Below, one piece after another: positions 1-8,327 of a DNA stretch of 64,000 nt; position 1 is the stretch's first letter; each line of letters starts with the position of its first letter. The notes under the pieces were generated by a model, which saw nothing but the letters and a program-made list of their open reading frames with translations, made no database searches and was not told where the DNA came from. A program made the translations under genes and the position numbers. Location: positions 3,680,001 through 3,744,000 of the forward strand of contig OZ242296.1 of assembly GCA_965207735.1 (NCBI GenBank). The letters are read 5' to 3'. The stretch is from Candidatus Versatilivorator sp. GTDB lineage: Bacteria; Acidobacteriota; Terriglobia; Versatilivoradales; Versatilivoraceae.

Positions 1-1
1 G

Positions 2-286
2 CGGGAAGTGCCTGGAAGCGAGTTTGAGGTAGAGACCGAGCTGGTGTTGCTGGCGATGGGATTCCTTGGACCGGAGTCCGACGGCATGCTGAAACAACTG
101 GGGGTCAAGCTGGACGCTCGCGGCAACGTGGAGGCGGACGGCAACTACATGAGTAGCCTGCCGGGAGTCTTTGCGGCCGGTGACATGCGGCGAGGACAGT
201 CACTGGTGGTCTGGGCCATCGCCGAAGGCCGCCGGGCCGCTCGCGGCGTGGACCAGTTTCTGATGGGATCGACCGATCTGCCCTGA
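2..286 (+). CDS. gltD: Glutamate synthase small subunit, C-terminal part (5' end outside window)
   Basis: [25 protein letters not shown] is the GltD C-terminal signature. Confidence 0.9.
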   Translation, partial: REVPGSEFEVETELVLLAMGFLGPESDGMLKQLGVKLDARGNVEADGNYMSSLPGVFAAGDMRRGQSLVVWAIAEGRRAARGVDQFLMGSTDLP

Positions 287-431
287 TCGGCCCCCGAGCC
301 GGCCCGCCGGCGCAGTCCGATTCCCGGTCTTCTCCCTCCGTCAACCCCGATCCCGGACAACCCCATCTCCTTGGCGCCAGGCCATTCCCGCCGTCAGCGG
401 GAGAATCCTTACCTCGAGGTTACGACTCCTT

Positions 432-1364
432 ATGGAAGGCAGCGGCAAGATCGAGCGCCTCAACGTTCCTGCGCTGGATGAAATTCTGGGGGTTCCCTTC
501 CGGGTCCTCAATGACGGCTTCATCCGATTGATCGACTACATGGGTTCGGACGAGTCCATCGTGCAAGCCGCCCGGGTGTCCTACGGCAAGGGAACCAAGA
601 AGGTCCACCAGGACCGCGGCCTGATTCGATACCTGATGCGGCACCAGCACACCACTCCCTTCGAGATGTGCGAGATCAAGCTGCATGTACGGGTGCCGAT
701 GGACTGCTGGCGCCAGTGGATTCGCCACCGAACAGCCAGTGTCAACGAGTACTCGACCCGCTATTCCGAGGCTATCGACTCGGCTCAATTGACCGACGAC
801 GACCAGTGGCGGGAGCAATCCCGGGGTAACCGGCAGGGCAGCACGGGATTCCTGACTCGGGAGCTCGGCTCGGAGCTTTCCGAAAGAGAAGCAAACCTGA
901 TTCGCGACAGCCGCCGGCTCTACCGGGAACGACTCGAGGCCGGGGTCGCCAGAGAGCAGGCGCGCAAGGACCTTCCGCTCTCAACCTATACCGAGGCCTA
1001 CTGGAAGATCGATCTCCACAACTTGTTGCATTTCCTGGCCCTGAGAATGGATGCCCACGCCCAGTGGGAGATCCGCAGCTACGCTATCGTCATCGGCGAG
1101 CAATTTCTCAGCCGCTGGTGCCCCATTACCTGGGAAGCCTTCCAGGACTACCGCTTTCATTCCACCGCCCTGTCCCGCCGGGAGCAGCAGATTATCCGCA
1201 TGCTGGCCGCCGACCGGGCCGAGGAGGCCAAGGAACTGGCCACTCGATTCGGGTTTCTCAACTATGACGGCCCCCGTCTCAAACCAAACCGCGAGCGCAA
1301 GGAGCTGGAAGAAAAGCTTCAGTCTCTGAACTTCAAGATTCCCTGGCTGGATGGTCAGCAATAA
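432..1364 (+). CDS. thyX: FAD-dependent thymidylate synthase
   Basis: ThyX motif RHRTASVNEYSTRY, plus AARVSY and AREQARKDLP. Confidence 0.95.
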   Translation: MEGSGKIERLNVPALDEILGVPFRVLNDGFIRLIDYMGSDESIVQAARVSYGKGTKKVHQDRGLIRYLMRHQHTTPFEMCEIKLHVRVPMDCWRQWIRHRTASVNEYSTRYSEAIDSAQLTDDDQWREQSRGNRQGSTGFLTRELGSELSEREANLIRDSRRLYRERLEAGVAREQARKDLPLSTYTEAYWKIDLHNLLHFLALRMDAHAQWEIRSYAIVIGEQFLSRWCPITWEAFQDYRFHSTALSRREQQIIRMLAADRAEEAKELATRFGFLNYDGPRLKPNRERKELEEKLQSLNFKIPWLDGQQ

Positions 1365-1383
1365 ATGCGGGGCAAGCGCCCCG

Positions 1384-1716
1384 TCAATCCATGAGGGTGT
1401 CGATCCTTGTGTCCAGCGCTTCCGCAATGCGGTGCCAGGCCTTCACGGAGCCGGTCTTGAGACCTCGTTCGATTTCGGAGAGATACCCGTTGGCAAGCCC
1501 CGTCCTTTCAGCCAGCGCTCTCAACGTCATACCGCGAAACGCGCGCCAGGCAGCTACGGGGTTCTCCCCGTCCATGATTTTCAGGAACACTTCGTGCGGG
1601 ATGCGGCTCTCATCATCGGCTTCCCTGGCCGCCAACAAATCTTCCAGCTCTTCCTGACGAGCAATCAGTGCGTCGTAGTCCGCCCGACTCAGAGTTACGG
1701 TTTCGGTCTCAGACAT
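1384..1716 (-). CDS. XRE-family HTH protein, HigA-like antitoxin
   Basis: C-terminal Cro/C1 HTH (WRAFRGMTLRALAERTGLANGYLSEIERG); N-terminus typical of RelE-associated HTH antitoxins. Confidence 0.85.
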   Translation of the reverse strand: MSETETVTLSRADYDALIARQEELEDLLAAREADDESRIPHEVFLKIMDGENPVAAWRAFRGMTLRALAERTGLANGYLSEIERGLKTGSVKAWHRIAEALDTRIDTLMD

Positions 1717-1765
1717 AGGCTTCCCTCCGATGCCGGACTCTCAAGACAATCATGATAGTCATGTC
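1709..1765 (-). pseudogene. 3' remnant of a RelE/ParE-family toxin
   Basis: Manual translation DMTIMIVLRVRHRREAYV*, a RelE-type C-terminal HRRExY motif; stop (1709-1711) overlaps the antitoxin start; upstream codons do not look like RelE. Confidence 0.6.
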
Positions 1766-1852
1766 GCCGTGTTGACCGGATGTAGGCAGATAGCGCGGAA
1801 CTTGTGCGACATGTTCGGGAGTCAACGCCTTGCAGGCTTTCAGTGTTCTGCT

Positions 1853-1882
1853 CTTTTTTGTGTTTTTGTGCCTTTTGTGGCC
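1853..1882. repeat. Short-period (about 9 nt) TTTTGTG repeat tract
   Basis: CTTTTTTGTGTTTTTGTGCCTTTTGTGGCC. Confidence 0.55.
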
Positions 1883-1906
1883 ATTCCCGGCAAAGGTCCC
1901 GCTGCT

Positions 1907-1924
1907 GAATATTGCAAAAGGCTC
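1907..1924. mobile_element. Orphan terminal inverted repeat of the clpB-type MITE
   Basis: GAATATTGCAAAAGGCTC matches the right TIR at 54304-54321 at 17 of 18 positions. Confidence 0.65.
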
Positions 1925-2077
1925 GAGAGTGAAACAATCAGAAATCGACCATCCTATCGCGACCTTGGCATCCCGTCGCGGTTCATCTCAACGCCTTAGT
2001 GTCCCTTCGTCGTTCTTCGTGCCCCTTCGTGGATAACTCTTTTTCTCTTGTCTTTTTTCGTTTGTTTCAGGCAAACC
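1925..2077 (+). repeat. Modular dispersed repeat, cargo type 1
   Basis: GAGAGTGAAACAATCAGAAATCGA...CTTCGTGGATAACTCTTTT...TTGTTTCAGGCAAACC; homologous to 12493-12659, 27631-27780 and 40701-41590. Confidence 0.9.
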
Positions 2078-3784
2078 GGGCATACAGGGCTGGACGGCAA
2101 CCGACTGATAACGCCTGAGCCGGACGAGACCGGGCTTCCCGCCTTTGGGCTTGGCCACGAATCTCTTCTGCGTATAGTGCACTTCGACCCTGGGAGCGTT
2201 GCGGGCCTGGCTGAAGTAGGCGGCCAATTGGGCCGCTTCCAGCAGCGAGGGCTGCGAGGGGGCCGGCTGCTTCTCGGGATTTCGCAGCACCACGTGGGAT
2301 CCTGAATACCCGGCCACATGCAGCCAGAAGTCGTGGGCGTGGGCCACCTTGGTCGTCAGGGCGTCGTTTTGCCGGTTTCCCCTGCCCACCAGAATGGCCA
2401 ACCCTTCCGACGAGACAAAGTGGCGAGCCAGCTTCGAAGTTTCCGGTGTTCCGCCTTCCCTCGAAGTGTGGCGGCGCCTGGACCCGGCCGGGGTCGCAGA
2501 AGGGGCTGGGTGCGGTCGTGCGGGCGGCGGCTCCGGTTCTGGCGGAAGGGTTTCCGGGTCCGGCTGCTCCTGCTGCTTTTCCAGGGTTTCCATCTCAGCC
2601 CGTAGCGCTTCCAGGCGAGTCAGAATCCTCGGAATGGCCCGGCTCGATTTCTGGAATTGCCGGGCATAGCGGGAAGCATTCTGGAGCGCCGTGAGCCGGG
2701 GTTCCAGGGGAATGGTCACCTCGGGCTGACCCGGCTGAAACAAGTCCGGAAGCCGCACGGATGAACGGCCCGCGGCCAACCCGGTGGCCTGGGCCAGCAG
2801 CAGGTCGCTGTATTTCTTGAAACGCTGGGCCTGGCGATTTCTTTCCAGGTCGGATTGCAGGTCTTTCAGCAACCGGGTCAGCTTCCGGCTTCGCTGGCGG
2901 AGCGGTGAGAGCCGGGCTTGACGCCGTTGGAGCCGTCGTTGCCGATCCTGAAAAAGCCGGCAGGTCTCGGCCACGGCGGCGTTCATGTCGGGAAATTCCC
3001 GATGGGGAGAATCCTGCAGATGTGCCAGCGGAAAAGGAGAGCAGATCCAGGGCTGGCTGTCTTTGCCGGGCGGGTAAATCCGGGGACTCGAGGGACCCTG
3101 CCGCAGCTGCTGAATGAACTCCTGGAAGTGGCCCCACGACCCCTCCGGATCCGGCCTGGATCGGTAGGCAAACTCTCGAAGGAAGAGGGGACTCAGGCCT
3201 CGGATTCCCCGGCGGGGCCGGCGGGCGTGGGCTGCCCCGGGACCCTTCCGTTCGGACTGCCGACCGGCATCCAGGATCAGGTCATGGAACGCTTGGCTAT
3301 TGAGGTTATCCAGGCCAGGCCCAGGGCCCGAAACGGGTCCGGCGGCGGGCTGGTGGGGTCTGAAGGCCCGTAGAACCCGGCCCTGGGCGTCCTCCAGGAA
3401 GGCATTGGCCCGCAGGGGAATCAGTTCCAGGCGCAACCGGAGGGTTCTTGGCGAATGGGGCCACCGCCCATCCTCGACCACGAGAGCGACCACCCGATCC
3501 TCCAGCTCCTTTTCAATCGCAACGATGGTGGCCCCCACCAGATGGCTCCGAATCGAAAGTATCCAGTCGCTGGGAACGGCGGTGTGTCCTGTCGATGGTT
3601 GCTTGGGCCGCAGGAACAGGCATGGGAGTCGCTGTTCCAGCACCACCATCAGGTCGAAAGGGCAGGGGCGATGCAGCGAGAAGAGAAATTGCCGCTCATC
3701 GAGCTGCCTCACCTTTCGAATCCTGGTCTTTGGCAGCAACTCCCAAAGTTCCCGCACCAGCGCCTGGAGGCAGAAATTATCCAT
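1988..3784 (-). CDS. rqcH: NFACT-family ribosome quality control protein (RqcH/Rqc2, FbpA-like)
   Basis: N-terminus MDNFCLQALVREL; DRVV and LELIP segments; NFACT-R domain GRGNRQNDALT...DFWLHVAGYSGSHVV...AAQLAAYFS; start at 3784 overlaps the maf stop. Confidence 0.85.
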   Translation of the reverse strand: MDNFCLQALVRELWELLPKTRIRKVRQLDERQFLFSLHRPCPFDLMVVLEQRLPCLFLRPKQPSTGHTAVPSDWILSIRSHLVGATIVAIEKELEDRVVALVVEDGRWPHSPRTLRLRLELIPLRANAFLEDAQGRVLRAFRPHQPAAGPVSGPGPGLDNLNSQAFHDLILDAGRQSERKGPGAAHARRPRRGIRGLSPLFLREFAYRSRPDPEGSWGHFQEFIQQLRQGPSSPRIYPPGKDSQPWICSPFPLAHLQDSPHREFPDMNAAVAETCRLFQDRQRRLQRRQARLSPLRQRSRKLTRLLKDLQSDLERNRQAQRFKKYSDLLLAQATGLAAGRSSVRLPDLFQPGQPEVTIPLEPRLTALQNASRYARQFQKSSRAIPRILTRLEALRAEMETLEKQQEQPDPETLPPEPEPPPARPHPAPSATPAGSRRRHTSREGGTPETSKLARHFVSSEGLAILVGRGNRQNDALTTKVAHAHDFWLHVAGYSGSHVVLRNPEKQPAPSQPSLLEAAQLAAYFSQARNAPRVEVHYTQKRFVAKPKGGKPGLVRLRRYQSVAVQPCMPGLPETNEKRQEKKSYPRRGTKNDEGTLRR

Positions 3785-4373
3785 CTGCCGGGAACCCCAT
3801 TTGCATGAGCGTCCGGTGGAGGTGGGCCAGGGGTAGGCCGACGACGTTGAAGTAGCAGCCGCGAATGCCCTGAATGAATCGGGAGCCGTATCCCTGAATT
3901 GCATAGGCTCCGGCCTTGCCCAGGGGCTCACCGGTGGCCAGGTATTCCTGGATGTCTCGACTGGAAAGTGCCGCGAAGCGAACGGTGGTTTCGACGTAGC
4001 TGGTCTGCCGGAGTTGCAGGTGCCGGATACAGATGCCCGTCAGCACCTCGTGGGTGCGGCCGCTCAGTTTCTGCAGCATCTCGGCCGCCACCTCCAATGA
4101 TGCGGGCTTTCCCAGAATCTCGGAGCCGCAGACCACCACCGTATCGGCTCCTACCACCCAGGCGTCGGGGCGGGCGTCGGGGATGGCTTCGGCCTTGGCT
4201 CGAGCCAGGCGCATCACCAGCCGGTCCGGAGAGTCACCCCGTCGAGGTTCCTCCGGGACGCCGCTCGTCCTGACTTCGAAGTCGAATCGGAGGAGCTTCA
4301 TCAGCTCCTGTCTTCTGGGCGAGGCCGATGCTAGAATCAGGCTTGGGGAATGGGAGCTGAGTCCGGCGGGCAT
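3777..4373 (-). CDS. maf: Maf-family nucleoside triphosphate pyrophosphatase
   Basis: LILASASPRR, GADTVV, GKP, KAGAYAIQG, NVVGLP. Confidence 0.93.
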   Translation of the reverse strand: MPAGLSSHSPSLILASASPRRQELMKLLRFDFEVRTSGVPEEPRRGDSPDRLVMRLARAKAEAIPDARPDAWVVGADTVVVCGSEILGKPASLEVAAEMLQKLSGRTHEVLTGICIRHLQLRQTSYVETTVRFAALSSRDIQEYLATGEPLGKAGAYAIQGYGSRFIQGIRGCYFNVVGLPLAHLHRTLMQMGFPADG

Positions 4374-4548
4374 GTGGGTGGAGGTCCTCGAAAGGCTTCC
4401 CGAACGCAGTCTGCATCGAGTGCCCGGGCTGACAATTCCCCTGCCGGTCCTGCCCGGAACGGTCCCGTTTACAAACTTCCGGGCGGTATGATAGAACAGG
4501 TCCATTCCGTGGTTCCAGCCACCCGGTGCGGCTCTGCCTGCGAGGAGG

Positions 4549-5955
4549 ATGTTTCCATTGATTGAGAGGTGTTTGCGCTATGGCGCCGGCCTCTTGTTGC
4601 TGGTGCTGGCGGTCATTGGACAGGTCCGATCGGCACCGCAGCTCCAGAGTGCCGACTTCGACTTCAGCATCTATTTTACCGGAAATGTTCGGGGGAATCT
4701 CGAACCCTGCGGCTGACCGCGCAATCCGGCGGGCGGTCTGGCTCGCCGAGCAAACGTCATCCGGGAAAGGGCCAGGGAATTCCCGACCCGTCCGGCCCTC
4801 CAGGTGGAGATCGGCAACTTCATGCAGCGGTTGGGCCCCGATCGAGCGGTCAAGAACGAGTGGCTCTGGAAGGGGATGGAGCTGCTGGGAATCGACGTCT
4901 TCAATATCGGGGGCAACGACGTCGGGGAACTTCAAGCCCTGGGGCTGGCTCTCAGGAAGAACGGGCGGTTTATTTCCGCCAACCTGCTTTCCGCCCAATC
5001 CGGAGATCCGCTGCTCGATCCCTACCTGATCAAGACGATGTCCGCGTCGGCTTCCGCCCCCGCTTTCCGGGTCGGCTTCATCGGGTTTGCGTCGGGGAAT
5101 CACTCTTCCAAGAGTGAGGCGGAATACCGCTGGGAAAATCCGTCCGACAGCGCCGGGAAATGGTTGCCGGAGTTGAGAGAGAAGTGTGACTACGTGATTG
5201 CATTGGCTTGCATGCCCCTTGGCGATGCCATCCAGTTGGCCATCGACCACAAGGGCATCGACATGATTCTCAACGGATTCGAGCATCAATCGGCAATGCC
5301 TCCCATCAAGGTGAGCCGGTCCACCATCGTCTACGCCGAAGACGAAGCCAAGAGCCTGGGAGAGTTGCGCTTTTCCCTGAAGTTGGGCCGGCCGGCAGTA
5401 CAACCCTTGAATCACCGCTTGAGCCGGCGAGTGGCCGATGACGCCGATATGGCCGCCTTTATGGTGAAAGCCAAAGCCGACATCTCGGCCAGACAGACCG
5501 ATATGGCTCTACAGACCGCCCAGGCCCACGGTCACGAGCACGACCATGCCCACGGCCACAGTCACGGCAGCCACCAGGATCACGCCGATTCCGATTTTGT
5601 AACCTCTCAAACCTGCGGTACCTGCCATGCGGATGCCTTTCAGGTTTGGGAAGGCTCGGCCCACGCCCATGCCATCGACATTCTTATCAGGGAACGGAAG
5701 GAATTCGATACCCAGTGTGTCATCTGCCACGTGACCGGTTCGGGGCAGCCGGGAGGATTCGAAGACCTCTATCGCACCGCCCACCTGGCCAATGTCCAGT
5801 GTGAAGCCTGTCACGGTCAGGGGCGGGAACACAGTCAGCAGCCGACCGTAGTCAAGATGGAACCGCTGGGGCCGAATTCCTGTGTGACCTGCCACAATCC
5901 TTCCAACAGCCCCGAGTTCGAGTTCGTTTCCTACTGGGAAGCCATCAAGCACTGA
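4549..5955 (+). CDS. Putative exported selenoprotein: UshA/5'-nucleotidase-like domain with CxU motif fused to a tetraheme c554-like cytochrome
   Basis: The frame of ORF 4804-5955 continues upstream through TGA 4714-4716 (NLEPCG-U-PRNPAGGLARRA) to a signal peptide; start ATG 4549 or TTG 4558 after GAGGAGG; CXXCH motifs at 5614, 5716, 5800 and 5881. Confidence 0.85.
4727..4748 (+). promoter_or_regulatory. Bacterial SECIS-like hairpin
   Basis: CGGCGGGC-GGTCTG-GCTCGCCG: 8-bp stem (one G-U), GGUCU loop, starting 10-11 nt after the UGA. Confidence 0.8.
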
Positions 5956-5968
5956 CGGGCTCTCAACA

Positions 5969-6397
5969 ATGAAACCGCTGACAACCTTGTTTCCCGATCT
6001 CTTCCGTCAATACGCGGCCGACGGTCCCTGGCCGGAGCAGGTGGCGGCGGCCCTTTGGAAGGAGATCGTGGGCGAGCACCTGGCCCGACGCACCCGACCG
6101 GTCAAAATCACTCGATCCAAGCTGGTGGTTCTGGTACCCTCGTCCACCTGGAAGCGGCAATTGAGCTCTCTCCGGGGGGTGATCGTGAGCCGGCTCAACC
6201 AGGTGCTCGGGGCCGGCATCACCCGGGTGGAGTTCAGAATCGACTCCACGGTGGAGCAAGCGCCGCGCCAAATCCCTCCAGCGCCTCCCAAGAGAACCTC
6301 GACTCCAGTCGACCTTCCCCTTCAAGGGATCGCGGACGAGGAGCTCCGAACCCGGATTCAGGCGGCTGCTACGGCCTGTCTGGATCGCGGAAAATGA
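5969..6397 (+). CDS. dciA: DciA (DUF721) family protein
   Basis: WKEIVGEHLARRTRP...LVVLVPSSTWKRQL...LNQVLG...ITRVEFR. Confidence 0.8.
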   Translation: MKPLTTLFPDLFRQYAADGPWPEQVAAALWKEIVGEHLARRTRPVKITRSKLVVLVPSSTWKRQLSSLRGVIVSRLNQVLGAGITRVEFRIDSTVEQAPRQIPPAPPKRTSTPVDLPLQGIADEELRTRIQAAATACLDRGK

Positions 6398-6407
6398 GGA
6401 TACTGCC

Positions 6408-6710
6408 ATGAAGATCGATGGCGCCCGGGTGGACTACATCGCCAAGTTGGCCCAGTTGGCGGTGACCGAAGAGGAAAAGCGGGAACTCATCGGACAGATG
6501 AATTCCATTCTGGAGTATGTGGAGCAGCTCAACCGACTGGATACCAGCGGTATCGAACCCACCGCGCAGGTGGTACACACTTCGGAGCAGAATTATAGCT
6601 GGCGAGCCGACCGGTCCCGGGCGGGATTTTCCCAGGAACAGTCGTTGGGCAATGGTCCTGCAACCGGGTCGGGCCACTTCAAGGTGCCGAAAGTGATCTC
6701 GGAGAAGTAA
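6408..6710 (+). CDS. gatC: Asp/Glu-tRNA amidotransferase subunit C
   Basis: VDYIAKLAQL, ILEYVEQL, DTSGIEPT, FKVPKV. Confidence 0.93.
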   Translation: MKIDGARVDYIAKLAQLAVTEEEKRELIGQMNSILEYVEQLNRLDTSGIEPTAQVVHTSEQNYSWRADRSRAGFSQEQSLGNGPATGSGHFKVPKVISEK

Positions 6711-6753
6711 CCCGGTCCTCCCTCCACTTCACCCCTTCGGCCTGAAGGTGTTC

Positions 6754-8199
6754 ATGGACTTCACGAGACTGACCGCCAGGAAAATCAAGGAGCTGATCGA
6801 GCGCGGCGAAGCTTCTGCCGTGGAGATTTGCCGGGCCTTCCAGGATCGCATCCGAAAGCAAAATCCCAAGGTTGGGGCCTTCCTTCATTACGACAACGAC
6901 TTCGCGCTCGACCAGGCCGGTCGGATTGATCGAATGAAGCAGGCCGGAGAGCCGCTGCCGGAGTTGGCCGGTCTGCCGATGGCCATCAAGGACAACCTCC
7001 TGATCCGCGGTCTGCGCTGTACTTGCGGGTCCAGGAACCTGGAAAACTATGTCGCTCCCTACAACGCCACCGTCATTGACCGGCTGGCATCCGCCGGGGC
7101 AGTGTTTCTTGGGAAGGCCAACCTGGACGAGTACGCCATGGGCTCGTCCACCGAGAACTCCGCCTTCCACCCGACCCGGAATCCCCACCGCCCCGACTAC
7201 GTTCCCGGCGGTTCCAGCGGCGGGTCGGCTGCGGCAGTAGGCGCCGACATGGCGGTAGCGGCTCTGGGCACCGACACCGGAGGCTCCATTCGCCAACCGG
7301 CGTCGTTTTGCGGTGTCGTCGGGATGAAGCCCACCTACAGCCGGGTATCGCGCTACGGGATGGTGGCGTTCGGATCCTCTCTGGACCAGATCGGCCCCCT
7401 TGCTCATGGCGTCGAGGACGTAGCCAGGATCCTCACGGTGATCTCCGGCAAGGACCCGCGCGACGCCACCTCCCTGGCCGTGGATGTGCCGGACTACGCG
7501 GGCGGGCTGGGTCGACCGATTGAAGGCCTGAAAATTGGAATGCCCCGAGAGTACCGGAAGAGCGGAATCTCCGAGCCGGTCCGCACCAGGATCGAAGCAG
7601 GTCTGAAGCTGCTTGAGGACCTGGGGTGCCACCTGATCGAGGTGGATCTGCCCCACACCGATTACGCCATTGCCACCTACTACGTGATTGCCATGGCTGA
7701 AGCCAGTTCCAATCTGGCCCGCTATGACGGAGTGCGTTACGGGCTGCGGATTCCCGGACAGGGCGATCTTTCCAGCATGTACCGTGAGACCAGGGACGCC
7801 GGATTCGGCGCCGAGGTCAAGCGGCGGATCATGCTGGGAACATTCGTCTTGAGCTCGGGCTACTACGACGCCTATTACCTGAAGGCACAGCAGGTGAGAA
7901 CGCTGATCAAGCGGGACTTTGAAGCCGCCTTCCAAGAGGTGGACCTCCTGATTTCGCCCACCTCTCCCACGCCTCCTTTTCGACTGGGCGAGAAGACCGC
8001 CGATCCGCTGGCCATGTACCTTTCGGACATCTTCACCATTACCGCCAACCTCGTCGGCATTCCCGGCATATCACTTCCCTGCGGCCTGACGCCCGACGGC
8101 ATGCCGGTCGGGATTCAGCTCCTGGGAAAACACTTTGACGAGCAGGTGGTTCTGAACACGGCCCATGCCTTCGAGTTGGCTGGCGGCTTTGCCCCCTGA
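6754..8199 (+). CDS. gatA: Asp/Glu-tRNA amidotransferase subunit A
   Basis: Amidase signature PGGSSGGSAAAV, GTDTGGSIRQPA, SNLARYDGVRYG, GFGAEVKRRI. Confidence 0.97.
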   Translation: MDFTRLTARKIKELIERGEASAVEICRAFQDRIRKQNPKVGAFLHYDNDFALDQAGRIDRMKQAGEPLPELAGLPMAIKDNLLIRGLRCTCGSRNLENYVAPYNATVIDRLASAGAVFLGKANLDEYAMGSSTENSAFHPTRNPHRPDYVPGGSSGGSAAAVGADMAVAALGTDTGGSIRQPASFCGVVGMKPTYSRVSRYGMVAFGSSLDQIGPLAHGVEDVARILTVISGKDPRDATSLAVDVPDYAGGLGRPIEGLKIGMPREYRKSGISEPVRTRIEAGLKLLEDLGCHLIEVDLPHTDYAIATYYVIAMAEASSNLARYDGVRYGLRIPGQGDLSSMYRETRDAGFGAEVKRRIMLGTFVLSSGYYDAYYLKAQQVRTLIKRDFEAAFQEVDLLISPTSPTPPFRLGEKTADPLAMYLSDIFTITANLVGIPGISLPCGLTPDGMPVGIQLLGKHFDEQVVLNTAHAFELAGGFAP

Positions 8200-8327
8200 C
8201 CTCTCCGGGTTCCTTCTATCGATCCTGCCGGCCTGTCCCTCGGTTGTTCCATGCAACTGCACCCGGCCACAATTCCGGCAGGCTTCGTTTCGGGTGTGGG
8301 TCTTCCTGATCCTCAGGGGAACTGGAA

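Noticed and set aside
4804-5955. ORF-track start at 4804, or a pseudogene call for the in-frame TGA
   Set aside because: That start leaves a c-type cytochrome with no signal peptide; the upstream frame is intact and a SECIS-like hairpin follows the TGA, so Sec read-through is the better explanation
6408-8199. Missing gatB after gatCA
   Set aside because: gatB is often unlinked, so its absence here is uninformative
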